From Diplonema japonicum (lineage: Eukaryota; Protista; Euglenozoa: Diplonemea), in contig OZ025747.1 of assembly GCA_964019335.1 (NCBI GenBank), positions 297,196-361,195 on the forward strand: DNA of 64,000 bases. The letters run 5' to 3'. The position numbers and the translations under genes were made by a program. The stretch's first letter is position 1, and every line of letters starts with the position of its first letter. The notes beneath the pieces were generated by a model that was given only the letters and a program-made list of their open reading frames with translations, made no database searches and was not told the DNA's origin. Of this stretch, positions 12,781 through 24,896 are shown piece after piece.

Positions 12781-12811
<31 letters not shown>

Positions 12812-13279
12812 AAACAAAAGAACGGCACACACTCAAAGTAGGAAGGAAAGGGTTTTTTTTTTTTCCTATTTATTGAAAAAAAAATGCTCAAAAAGATTTT
12901 TTTTTGATCCCAAAAAACGCAAAACAGCACTTCAGGAGAGCACGGCGGACTATGGGTGGATCCTTGAGCATCATCCATTTTCGGGGCCGGTTATTATGGT
13001 CTAGATGAACCGACACCCTTTGTGGGATCTGAGTCAGCTCTGATTATATTTTAGAAACAGATAGATACAGGCAGTGGATGAGAACAAAGCAATGTCTCGC
13101 ATGGTGGCATCTTGTATATCCCCTTCCTTTGAATTTGCGTTTTCAGTTTGAGCATTAAACAGATGTGCACGGGGGAAACTGCACATTAACTTTCTTTTTT
13201 TTCTAGCTCCCAAAAAAAAAAAAAAAAAAAAAATACAACACTCATCCCCTCCCATGCTCCCTTTCCCTTTGTTTAGTTT

Positions 13280-13316
<37 letters not shown>

Positions 13317-13805
13317 CTTTCGTTTTCTTTTCTCTCCATTCCCTTCCCCCTCCCAATAGGCATAGAGTGCATACAACTCGGATAACGGGAATGAACAAGC
13401 AAAAACAGCTTGGGGACCTTGAGAAACAAATGGAGGAGGGAAAAAAAAAAAAAAAAAAAAAAGGATTTATTATTATACAAGAACCCCGTCTCATACCCAT
13501 AAACACACATATATAGGCCCCGTCCTTATCCAGGTGTATGAGCTCAACGCACCCTCCCCGTTCTTTTTATGTATCAAATTCACGCGCACAGTATCTTTAA
13601 TCCTTTCTTCACCCCCCCCCCCCCCCCATTCCTCCCCTTCCTGTCAATTGTTCGCAGTTGTCTGCAGTACGCCACTTGCGTACTTTGTAGTTTGTTACGG
13701 TTCGGTGCATCCTCTTTTTTTTTTTTTTTATATATATATATATTGTCCTTGCGTCAATTTCAAAAAAAAAAAAAAAAAATAGGTTCAAGAGGAAAAAAAA
13801 AAAAA

Positions 13806-14186
13806 ATGGTGTCCAAGAAGACCAAGCGTTCCATGGAGAACATCAACTCCCGTCTGCAGCTTGTCATCAAGAGCGGGAAGTACTCGATGGGTATGAAGAC
13901 TGCCCTGCACAGCCTCCGCATGGGCAAGGCCAAGTTGGTGATCATCTCGAACAACTGCCCCGCCATCACCAAGAGCATGCTTGAGTACTACGCCATGCTT
14001 AGGTATGTTTTTTGATTTATAAACAAAAAAAGAAGAAAATACCAACCCTCCCCCCACAGCAAGTCCTCGGTTCTCCACTACAACGGGAACAACATCGACC
14101 TGGGTACCGCATGCGGTAAGACTTACCGCACCCACGTCATGACCATCACCGACGCTGGTGACTCCGACATCCTTGGTAAGCTGTAG
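13806..14186 (+). CDS. RPL30: 60S ribosomal protein L30 (eL30), copy 1; intron 14003-14059
   Basis: [36 protein letters not shown] joins [28 protein letters not shown] after removing GTATGT..CCACAG. Confidence 0.97.
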
Positions 14187-14213
14187 AAGCCTCTTTTTTT
14201 TAGGGATTTGCTT

Positions 14214-14255
<42 letters not shown>

Positions 14256-14282
14256 TGTTTCATTTTTTTCTGTTTCATTTGC

Positions 14283-14329
<47 letters not shown>

Positions 14330-14587
14330 CTCGTCTGCCACTACCACCCCTTGCAAGGTGGCAGGGATGAAGGTCTGACCTTCTTCCTGACTTTATTTTC
14401 TTCTCTCTGCCCTCAATAAAAGGTCCGGAGTACCCCTCCAAGATTTCATGCCCCTCCTGAAGACCATCTCGGTCTTTGCGCTGCATGAGAGCATGCCGTG
14501 CCCTCATGCCGTTAGGGGGTTTGTTAAAGAAGAAGAAAATAATCACACTCAATCTAGGCCTGTTCTTAAACACACACACACAACAAA

Positions 14588-14963
14588 ATGGTGTCCAAGA
14601 AGACCAAGCGTTCCATGGAGAACATCAACTCCCGTCTGCAGCTTGTCATCAAGAGCGGGAAGTACTCGATGGGTATGAAGACTGCCCTGCACAGCCTCCG
14701 CATGGGCAAGGCCAAGTTGGTGATCATCTCGAACAACTGCCCCGCCATCACCAAGAGCATGCTTGAGTACTACGCCATGCTTAGGTATGTCATTTAAAAA
14801 ACAAAAGAAAAGAAAATACCAACCCTCCCCCCACAGCAAGTCCTCGGTTCTCCACTACAACGGGAACAACATCGACCTGGGTACCGCATGCGGTAAGACT
14901 TACCGCACCCACGTCATGACCATCACCGACGCTGGTGACTCCGACATCCTTGGTAAGCTGTAG
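14588..14963 (+). CDS. RPL30: 60S ribosomal protein L30 (eL30), copy 2; intron 14785-14836
   Basis: Exons match copy 1; 52-nt GTATGT..CCACAG intron at the same position. Confidence 0.97.
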
Positions 14964-15060
14964 ATGGTTTTAAGGACGGCTTAGCTTTTTGCTGAATCAT
15001 TTAGTTGGAGGCAGAGATACTATTAACCAACGCACCACCACAGGAGCCCCACAGGGCAAG

Positions 15061-16671
15061 ATGAGGCGCACGATGGCACTGCTGCACGCAGCAGAGAGCC
15101 CAGAAGGAGCGTACAGGGTGCCGCAGAAGGCGCGGCCATTTTTGAAGTTGCTGCCCCTCCCGAAGTACAGTCTGAAGGTCATAAGGAAGAAGTCGCGAGC
15201 ACAGTATTTGAAGACGTTGATGTGGGCACCGAAGCCAAGGTGGTTCGAGGGGATGAACCAAGCCACGCTGTACACTAGCGTATTGAAGTACACAGACAAC
15301 CAGCTGACGGATGAGCGGTTGTACAAATCAGAGAGGTACATTGCGAGCAACCTGTCGTTGCGGCATGACGCGGAGAATAAGCTGGACAGGCAAGTGCGCG
15401 AGACCATCGTGCAGCCGGCGTATTCCGAGCTGAAACCTGACCCCGAGTACTTCAACATGATCCACGAGGACATTCCCCACAACTTGCAAACGATGATGGA
15501 CAACCTGAAGACCACGCAGCCGTCGCTTTTGCCGCATCCTGCCCTCGCGTCACATGGCGAGGCCATGTGTGAAGAGGTTATCGTGGACTTCATGACCGAC
15601 ACCTTTCCACGTCTCAACAGCAGGCAGTTGCAGCGGCTTCTGCATCAAAAGCTGTCGCTCTCCAACTCTGTCAACACCGCAGTACGTGCAGGCCTCGCGC
15701 AAGGCATGGCTTTGAACAAAGAAGTGCGTCTGTACAACAGCTTGACTACCGTCAACATCCAGTTCGAGACTGCGCAGAACGCCCTCAAGCACGCCTCCGA
15801 TCAGATAAGACGAGGGTCGCTCACAGAGAACGAAGAAGGCCCCGCATTTTCCTTGATGAAGACGAAACACAAGCTCACCAAGCTGGCGCTGCGCGACGAG
15901 CATGTTGATTTGCTGGAGGAGCGCATGAAGCTCCTCACGCGGCACCTGTACGCCTTCCTGGCCTACGCATCGTACACAAAGGGCGATGCCTTTGTGAAGG
16001 CCTTCGTGCTGCGGTACTTCATGCCCGACATTGCGGTACAGCATTTTTCAAACCAGCCGATGCTGCGGTCGTGGTTGGAGGTCAACAACAAATGGAAGTT
16101 CCTCCCGAAGACGGCCAAGGGATCCAAAGACTTGGTCCCGGATGCCAGGTATTTTAGCATATTTCAACACACCACACCACACACCACAGCACTGCGGACA
16201 GCGTGCCGATGGTCATCAACGGCGTGCAGACCAACTCCAACGTCATCGCTAAGTCGGTGCGCAGGATGTTGGCTGCAGCGTCCCCTATGAAGGAGCTGGC
16301 CATCGTCACTCAGTACGACATGACGGCAAGGCACATGCTGCGAGGCAAGAAACTACGCTACTCTCTCCTCTTCCAAGGGCACAAGGAGGCAGACGGCCAT
16401 AAGTTCATGCGAGCAGGCGTGTATGCTGGCGACGTGCTCCTCGGAGAGGGCGAAGGTGTGGACTACGAGATGGCCTGCAAGGACGCCGCGCAGAACGCAC
16501 TACAGAGCTTCTACTTGGTATGTTGACAAAGAAAAAAAAAGAAAATGAAAACAGAATCCGAAAATGAACTTCAAACGAGACGAGGGCACGCCCTTCACAA
16601 AGGGCATGCCGTCGAAGAGGAACAAGGTGAAGGTGAGGAGAAAGGTGAAAAAGAGGAAACAATCAGCGTGA
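15061..16671 (+). CDS. Mitochondrial ribosomal protein mL44-like (degenerate RNase III + dsRBD); introns 16149-16189 and 16518-16554
   Basis: Presequence-like MRRTMALL; LASHGEAMCEEVIVDFMTDTFP segment; dsRBD-like AGVYAGDVLLGEGEGVDYEMACKDAAQNALQSFY. Both introns restore the frame. Confidence 0.6.
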
Positions 16672-16757
16672 CAAGTAGTATTTACAAACCTGCTTTTTTA
16701 CCCCCCCCCTCTACCATCCTTCCCAGTATACAACACGCAACAGGTTATTGGAGTAAC

Positions 16758-17687
16758 ATGGGGTGCTCCGAAAGTAAAGAAAAACCCGCGGTGGCACAGA
16801 AGCCTGCGAGCAAGTCACCTGTAAGGCGGCAGTCGGTGGTACCACCGCCATCGTCACCGTCACCGTCACCACGCCGGTTGTCAGGTGGAATGAGGAAGGG
16901 GGAAACATTGAAGAAAGGGGAGAGCATGAGAAGGGGCAGCACAATGTCACCGAAAGCCAGCATAAGAAGGGCGAGCATAGCGCTCGCGAGGGAGAAGGGG
17001 AAAGAAAGAGAGGAGAGAGAACACAAGGAACGGGGCGAGAGAGAAGCAAGGGAGGAAAGGGAGAAGGCAGTGAGGGACAGGATAATGATACCGACAGCAG
17101 TTGTGGCTGTTGATGATGACGTGATCTTCGATAGAGCGGATGCCAGCGTTATGGGAACCACCACAACAACCCTCCTGACGAGCAACCTGCTGAGCACGAG
17201 ACTTGTCACGACACCCAAAACCCCACACAGCGGGAGGGGAGAGGAAGAGGCACCACCACCACCCCCTCAGGAAGAAAAGCCCAAGGAAGAAGAATCTGTG
17301 AAAAAAGTACTACCCGTTATCCCCAAGCTCAACTTCGCAAAGAAAGAACCGGCCCCAAGGAGCAACAGCGTTTCAACGGATTCAACAGACAGAAGCAGGA
17401 CTGACTCAGTTACCAGGACTTCGTCTCGATCCATAACAGGCACCACTGAGTCAGACAGTGATACTGAAACGCGTGCTTTTGAAGAGGATGAAGAGGACGA
17501 TAGTTCTGTGGAGTCGATTAACATTTTGCATCAAGAGGAGGTTGTGCTTAAGAGGGATTCTTCCAAGAACCTTAGCCAGGGGAAGGGCTCTCGGAAACGA
17601 GGGCTTTCCAAAAACGGAAAGGAAAAATCGAAACGACACGGTGATAAGGCCAAGTCGGCGGAGGACCCAAAGCCGACCGAAACGTGA
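16758..17687 (+). CDS. Low-complexity protein with N-terminal MGCxxS dual-acylation motif
   Basis: ATG 16758 gives MGCSESK (myristoylation/palmitoylation consensus), followed by charged S/R/E-rich sequence. Confidence 0.7.
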   Translation: MGCSESKEKPAVAQKPASKSPVRRQSVVPPPSSPSPSPRRLSGGMRKGETLKKGESMRRGSTMSPKASIRRASIALAREKGKEREEREHKERGEREAREEREKAVRDRIMIPTAVVAVDDDVIFDRADASVMGTTTTTLLTSNLLSTRLVTTPKTPHSGRGEEEAPPPPPQEEKPKEEESVKKVLPVIPKLNFAKKEPAPRSNSVSTDSTDRSRTDSVTRTSSRSITGTTESDSDTETRAFEEDEEDDSSVESINILHQEEVVLKRDSSKNLSQGKGSRKRGLSKNGKEKSKRHGDKAKSAEDPKPTET

Positions 17688-18026
17688 TGGGGGAGGAAAA
17701 GAAGAAGAAGAAAAAAAAAAGAAAAATGAATGCAGTGTTTTTTTTTTTTTTTTTCTTTTTTTCCTCCCACCTCCCATACCCCACCCCCTTTTTTTCAAAA
17801 AAAATGCAAATCTCCGACAAATTTTATTTGGGATGGAACAGATTACAAAAAAAAAAAAAAAAATCTCCGAAAGAGAAAAAAAAGAAAAAGAAATGAGGGA
17901 AAAAAAAAAAGAAAAAGAAAAACTATTTATCTATTTGAGGAGGTCCGGATGTTCTAATTTCACGGGAGAGGGAGTCCATTTTAACCCAAAAACGAGTTAA
18001 ACCTTGGTGCCCGTGAAATCTGCACT

Positions 18027-18070
<44 letters not shown>

Positions 18071-19823
18071 CTTCTTCCTTCGGATAATGCTATATTTTAA
18101 GAAGGGATATCATTCAAAATGTAAAAAAAAAAAAATATTGAAATGGCTATCCTCTGTGAGGAGACTCAGTAGATTTGAATTAGATCTGTCTGAGGGAGTG
18201 AATATTCACTTTTTACCTTGAGAATGATACCCCCCCCCGATTGGATAAAAAAGAAAAAGAAAGCAAATAAATAACATAGTACTATGAAGAAAAAGATTTA
18301 AAAAAAAAAAAGAAAAAAAGAAAAGGCTGACAGTCATAGAGTTCTTTCTTTTTCTACCCGCTCTCATTTTTTTTTTTTTTCCTCCTTTTCCTTTTTTTCT
18401 CTTTTTCTCCTCCTAATTATACCCCGCTTTTTTTTTATTTTCTTTTTTTTTTTCTTTCCATATTTTGCGGTTTTGAAAAGAGTCGGCTGTTTTTGCTCTT
18501 TTTTTTTTTTCGGGCAAAAAGCCGGACCCCATATTTTTTTTATTCTCTTTATTCTTCTTCCATTCTACCTCTAAGCGATTCATATTCTTCTTCTTCTTTT
18601 TTTCTCTTTTTTCTGTAAAGTACTTTTATGAAGCATCCCAGTAGAATGCTATTAATTTTTCTCTTCTCAGATTTTCATTTTTTTTTCTTTTTTCTTCCCT
18701 ATAGAACAGGGGGTGAAAATGAAGAAAGAAGAAAGAAAATAAAAAGAAGTTAGAGCATTTTTTTTTTTTTCAAAGGGAGGGCTGCCCCTTCAGGTCTGTT
18801 TCTTCTGCTTTCCCTACCATTTTTTTTTTATCTTATTACTCATACATCTCTTCTCCCCTTTCCATTCAATAAGCTGTGGTACAAAAAAAAAAAAAAAAAA
18901 AAAAAAAAAGAAAATGTTTGCTTTTGAGTGAATCTTTACTGAGGCTTCTCCCTTTGTTTGGTTTCCTTTTTTTTTTTTTTTTTTTTTTTTTTGTATTAAC
19001 AACATGTATACGGTGTAGGCAGGAAAAAAAGCTTTTCTCCTGAAAAAGAAATTTTTTTTTCGCTCCTAAAAAATGTTCACATTTTTCTTTGTTGCGAATT
19101 CACTGTTTTTTTTTACAGGTGAACTTTTTTTTCTTGGCCCAACAGTATATATTGTCAGAACTTAAGACAATTCGTTGCAGCACAATTTGTAGGTTTATAC
19201 ACCCCGCTGGTGCACACAAACAAAAAAAAAAAAAAGAGATGGTCTAGAAACATTGACTGGGATGGAGGATCAGCACACACAAACAAACAAGCTCGCAGAA
19301 TAGTTTCCCCCCTCCCCCATTTTTTTTATTTCTTCTTTTTTATGCCCTTGCACACGCCCCCCCCACTTTTTTTTTGATTTTGTGTGCTGATAGAAAATAA
19401 ATCCAAAAAAAAGGGAGGGCGAAGGTTCCCTTGCTTCAAGGATTTCCTACTGCTAAAAAAAAGAAACAGACAGAAGGGGGGAGGGGGGAAAAAAAAAGGA
19501 GGGCGGGTTGTTTTGTGCAACATAGAAAATAAAGCGGATAAAGCAATCTTTTTGCTCTAGCACAAAAAAGGGATGCATAAAAAAAAAAAAAAAAACGGGA
19601 GGGGGAAAAGAAAAGAGCAAAGCACCCGAGACGAAGAATGATAGGGGGGAGAGGGGGAACAACTATGCCCGCTACTTCTTGCTTCTAAAATACCAGCAAT
19701 ATAAAAAAAAAAAAAAAATATCATGAATTGCGTTTCACGGGGACCCGGGGGGAATGAGCTACTGCAACAAATGAGTTAATTTGCAGAAAATGTGCGGCTA
19801 GGGGGAAAAAAAAAATAGCTATT

Positions 19824-20511
19824 TATTAAATGAAAATCAGATAGCCTGATTTCACTTGTGGGGTCCCCTTTTTCGCTCGTGAAGTAAAATCACTCGTCAA
19901 AAAGGGGACCCCACAATTGAAATCATGCTCTGATTTTATTCAATACTGCATTTTATTTAATGATGAGCTGCTCTCGAAAAGAATTTAGGTGCTAAGTGTG
20001 GCTTCGCTGCTGCCTGCTTGTAGCGGCGCAATGCGCGACTCTTTACTGAACACGGTACTGGGTTTGGTATGATCAACTCGGCGAATTGATGTTGACGTCT
20101 ATGTCAAACGTGATTCTGTGCACCGCTGAAGAAGTGGGCTGTGTCGAAGGGGGCAGGGCTGAAGGGGCGTGGGTTTGATCGTGGTAGGTGCAAAACCTCT
20201 CCCACTCCTTCTTGTAGGCTATTTTGCTTGCCGTTGGAAGCGTGTCTTCCATCACAGCTTTGGCCTCTTTCTCGAGGCTGATGCCCTTGGCTCGCTTCCC
20301 GGTCGCCTTCGGTTTTCTTCCTATTTTGCTAGAAATGACTGTGGGCGTGAAATAAAGTACCTGATTTTCACGCCCAGCAAAATCAGCAACGTTTGGCTTA
20401 AAAACATGAGGAAAAAATCAGATACTTTATTTCACGCCCAGGTCTGGGCGTGAAATAAAGTGAAACCTGATTTATATCTTCCGGCCTAAATTCTTTGAGA
20501 GAGCTGCTCAG

Positions 20512-20517
<6 letters not shown>
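19824..20517 (-). mobile_element. Probable internally deleted Crypton-like (tyrosine recombinase) transposon with nested inverted repeats
   Basis: 33-bp imperfect IR pair 19957-19989 / 20485-20517, both ending in TTAA. Hairpin 19847-19925 (26/27 match). Repeated TGGGCGTGAAATAAAGT. The minus-strand frame reads LEKEAKAVMEDTLPTASKIAYKKEWERFCTY. Confidence 0.55.
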
Positions 20518-20549
<32 letters not shown>

Positions 20550-20992
20550 GTTGTCCTCACTTCCTCCTCACTTTATTCTTACAGAATAATGGTAGAGTGG
20601 GAGGGACACACACCAAAGTGCAAATTCTTTTTAGGAAAAAAAAAAATGCGTCAGGTGGGTTTTCTTTTTTTGAAGGGGGGGGGGGGGGGGGGGACAAACA
20701 AAATAAAATAAATAAAAAGTGATTTATAGAACTGTTTTCTATCACCAAAGGGAACGAAATAATAATAAGACTCATGCCGCATGACTGCAGGCTGGCTCGA
20801 TTCTGCCTGATGTCCCTACTTTGCTGCCCCTTCTGCCATTCATCATGATCACCCTACCACCACCACCCTTCCACCCCCCCTTTTTTTTCCCTTTTACGTT
20901 TGCAATTAATATTTATTTTTCCCCTTAAGTTTCTTCTTCTTTGATATTCTGTCCTTCTGCAGTCTCAACCCTCAAACCTATCAAAAGGCAGC

Positions 20993-22222
20993 ATGTGCAC
21001 ACGCGTGGTAGAGTACATTGATGAAGATGAAAAGCCACACAAGGGTGCCCTTAGCATGAGTCTGGGGAACGTACTGCTGAGCAACGAGGAGGGCAGCACA
21101 GTGTGGGAGGTGCCTGTGGGCAACGTCATGGGCATCTTCGCTGCGGATCAGGAGTGCCTCATACAGTGCTGCAGTGGCGACAGGGTGGTGCATGACATCG
21201 ATGATGCCAGAAATGAGGAGCCCTTGCAAGTGTTTATTGACACCTTCGAGGCGCTGCTTCAGGAGGCTTCACTGGGAGAGGTATCACCATCCCAGGACAA
21301 GCTTCCCGTGGACTCTGCCCCAACTACACCGCAGCCCATCGCTGCATCCACACCACTGCTCACCCCCACACCTTCGCTGGGGGTTGCACCCCCGCTCGCA
21401 CCTGTTCCCACCCCAGAGTCACCCGCACCACTTACACCAGTGCCTGACCCGCCAGCTGACCCACCACTTACACCAGCACCACTTATTACACCAGTGCCTG
21501 ACCCGCCAGTGCCGCTTGAAGTACCAAATACACCGACACTTGCACTTACACCAGCGCCTGACCCGCCTGCACGAGCACAGAAGAAACCTCGTAAGAAAAA
21601 GGCGAAAGCGAAGCTAGAGGAGCCCCCGTATATTACCGACGCGAAGAACGAGATTAAACAGCTGAAGAAGCGCATCGCAAGTGTCGCACACGAAATAGCG
21701 TATACCGAGGATGCCCACGGGGCGCAGCAGGAGGCCCTCGCGAGGCAAGCAGAAGAACGTGATAATCAGCTGCTCGTGACGTTGGCTGGGGAGATCGCTG
21801 CAGCGTCACAAAAGGCTATCGAGCAGAACTATGAAGTGCAGGTGAAAAATGATAGGCTCAATATGCTTAAGGAGCAAATAGGGGTGATTCCCGAGCATAG
21901 CAGGGGCGGTGTCGGTTCGCCTGTTCGAACGTGGGGTTCGCCTCGCGCCTCGTTGGGCTCACCAAGTAGAGCAGGGTCTGGTAGGACACTAGGTTCAGCT
22001 GTGGCCGATGCTCGCAAGCTGGCTGAGCTACGTGTGGAGATTATGAATGAGAAAGAGCAGATGGTTGACCAGGACGTTCGCATAGCGCGTCTGGTGGCCA
22101 GGGTACGGAAGGCACAGGAGGACATACTGAGCATCTCGGGGACAGGCTTAGAGTCTGATTATAAGCTTGAGATGGCAAGGCGTGCTCTTGTGCAACGTTA
22201 TTTCCAGACATCCCTTTCTTAG
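20993..22222 (+). CDS. Hypothetical protein with Pro-rich repeats (TPVPDPP) and coiled coil
   Basis: 409-aa ORF with ATG, on the same strand as its neighbours. Confidence 0.7.
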   Translation: MCTRVVEYIDEDEKPHKGALSMSLGNVLLSNEEGSTVWEVPVGNVMGIFAADQECLIQCCSGDRVVHDIDDARNEEPLQVFIDTFEALLQEASLGEVSPSQDKLPVDSAPTTPQPIAASTPLLTPTPSLGVAPPLAPVPTPESPAPLTPVPDPPADPPLTPAPLITPVPDPPVPLEVPNTPTLALTPAPDPPARAQKKPRKKKAKAKLEEPPYITDAKNEIKQLKKRIASVAHEIAYTEDAHGAQQEALARQAEERDNQLLVTLAGEIAAASQKAIEQNYEVQVKNDRLNMLKEQIGVIPEHSRGGVGSPVRTWGSPRASLGSPSRAGSGRTLGSAVADARKLAELRVEIMNEKEQMVDQDVRIARLVARVRKAQEDILSISGTGLESDYKLEMARRALVQRYFQTSLS

Positions 22223-22269
22223 TGCTGACACAGACGTGTCCTTGGTAGTCACATCACAAAGGTGCGAAT

Positions 22270-22972
22270 CATGAACAGCGACAGTGTGGAGTCAGAGGCG
22301 GTGAGCAGTGAAGAGCGGCCAGAAGGGGTTGGAGTCGGAGAAGAGCCATCCCTCCCAGTAGTGCAGGCCAGCGAATTGGAGGTTCCTCCAGCGCAGGCAG
22401 TTGACGCGGAGCTACCGACGGAGTGTGAGGGGAGGGAAGCGACACTTAGCGTATCGCCTGCAGCATCCTGTCCTAGTGAAGCACCTCCTTCTGCCACACC
22501 CACACCGGTGGTGGCCCCAGAGCCACCACCGCGTGCCCCAACGCCTGCCGCCTCTGTGGAGAGCGAATATGAGTTCTTCAACGGATATTATTTAAAGCCG
22601 CGAAAACTGTCACCTAAGGAGGTCAGAGAAGCCGTCCTCGCGTGTCAACAAGAGCTAGCCTTCACTCAGATACAAGAAGAGGGCATACGCGAAGCACTTG
22701 TAGAGAGGGCGTTAAAGGAACTTGCTTCATTGCACGCTTCGTCACCAAAGCCCCCTGCAGTGCAAAAGCACGTCCTGAAAAGTCAAACACCCAAACCCCT
22801 TCCCGACACACCTGCTCCTGTCTCTTCCCCCCAATATCCTTTTACACCAATGGGCTGGCAAGAGCATGGTGTTGACTCACTATGCACGAGAGTGCTTCTC
22901 TCTCCTCCACGGCATGCGCAAGGGACGCAGGGCGGGTTCTATGGAGCGGACCTGTGGATCAGCCACCAGTAG
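22270..22972 (+). CDS. Hypothetical Pro/Glu-rich protein
   Basis: ORF with ATG at 22270, tightly packed between neighbours. Confidence 0.6.
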
Positions 22973-23044
22973 CAAAGTTAGTTGTTTGTATTTTCTCACG
23001 TGCAATATCACAGTACCACCTCTTTTAATGGCACCACAGGCGAC

Positions 23045-24729
23045 ATGACCCTCAAAAGCGCATACAAGGGTAAATGCAAGCGGCTTAATATAAAACCCAA
23101 CTCGCGTCTCTTATCGATGCTGCCAGACGAGGAGAGCGCATGCAGTGAACTCACGAAGTTGGATCTGAGCGACAACATCATCGGGCCACAAGGGGCGCTT
23201 GCTGTTCTGGAGGTGGTGAGGGAGGCGAGTAAGCTATCGATGCTGTGCCTGAAAGGGAACAACATCACTTCGAAGCCCATGAAAGAGGTCTGCGATGTGC
23301 TGAAAGGGCACGAAACCATCGAAACCATTGACTTGTCGCAGAATGACATCAGGCTGGCAGGACCCGAGCTGGTGGAGCTTGTGAAGCACAACACGAACAT
23401 CAAGACACTCGACATCAGCGAGACGAATCTGAGGCCGTTGTTTGCAAATCTCATCAGCATGCAATTAAAGAAGAATGGGTCGAAAAAAGTAAACGAGTCA
23501 AAGACGGAACCGAAGAAAACAGAAGTTGCAGAAATACCACAAGAAAACCAACTTGAGCAACCCTCTAGAGATGACTCCAAGCCTTCGACAGCTAAGTCAG
23601 TGGGCTTCGGTGAAGCTGTAGTCGCTGAGTTCGGGTGTTTTGACGATGGCGAAGAGGTGTCGTTCAACAAGGGAGACACAAAAGAGGACAACGAGGACGA
23701 CGAGGGGTTAGAAAGATACGAGTCCTTCACGGCATTTGGCAGGGACAACCAAAGTTCGCCTACAAAGTATACCCCGCCTTCTACCTCACAGACACCCCTG
23801 AAGAAGGTGGCGGCAAGACGGCCTACAGTTTGTGCTGAAGCGTACTCAGAGGAGCAGATCGACAACTTCAAACCTGTCGTGAACAAGAAAGAGAGTGCCG
23901 TGAAGGACTTCCTGCTAGTGGTGCTGGAGAAGAACCAGCTCTTCAACCACCTCGACGATTACGAGCTCATGATTGTGGTCGATGCGCTGACGGAGATACA
24001 GCGCACGAAAGGCGACACAATCATCGAGCAAGGCGACGAAGAAATGGACAGCTTCTACATCATAGGGCACGGCGAGGTCAGCTTACGTGTAGACGGGATC
24101 GAAGTGAAGACCCTGACAAGGGGGGACACCTTTGGAGATATCTTCCTGCTGTATCCACAGAACAGCCCAGAGACGGTGTTCGCAGAGGAGGAGTGCACGC
24201 TGTACGCCTTCGGGAGGAAAACATTCAAGTTCATTTTGAACCAAGCCAGCAAGAAGAAGAGAGCAACATACGAAGGCATCCTGTGCAAGGTACCGTTTCT
24301 GTCGACTCTGAGCCACCTGGAGCTTCTGCAGCTCGCGGATGCTTTAAAGTCTAGCCAGTACAACGACGGTGATCACGTCATCAACTACGGTGAGGAGGGG
24401 AAGTGGTTGCACATCGTGTTGGAGGGCACCCTCAGCGTGATAGGAAGGAACGAGGACGGAGAACGGATCAAGGTCTGCGAGTTCACAAACGGAGCGTGCG
24501 TGGGCGAGCTGGAGTTCCTGAACAACCACGAAACAGTGGCAGATGTAGTTGCAAGTGGGAAGTATGCATCACACAATTTACATTATTTCACAGAGTGCGC
24601 ACTGCAAAGATGAACCGCCGCCACTTCGAGATGTGCATGGGGCCCGTCATCGAAATCCTGCGGAAGAATGCCGACAAGCTCGAGGTGTACTCCTACTACC
24701 GCGACACGTTGGCCAAGATCAAGGAGTAG
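23045..24729 (+). CDS. PKAR: Euglenozoan-type PKA regulatory subunit (N-terminal LRR, inhibitor site, two CNB domains); intron 24562-24593
   Basis: LRRs (LDLSDNIIG, IDLSQNDI), RRPTVCAE inhibitor site and CNB-B GELEFLNNHETVADV. Removing a 32-nt intron restores SGKVRTAKMNRRHFEMCMGPV. Confidence 0.9.
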
Positions 24730-24896
24730 AGCTGGCTCGGTAGCGACTGTAAATACCTTTTTTTCTCCTTCTCCTTCTAATAACCGTTAAACCACCTATT
24801 TACAAGGTGCACGTTGCTTTACTCGTTTTATTATATTCTTCGTTATTCATATCGTCTTACTCGACATTGCAGCACACAACACACACGGACGGAACA

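Noticed and set aside
10575-19700. Poly-K/poly-F ORFs in intergenic A/T homopolymer tracts
   Set aside because: Compositional artefacts; run lengths may also carry sequencing error.
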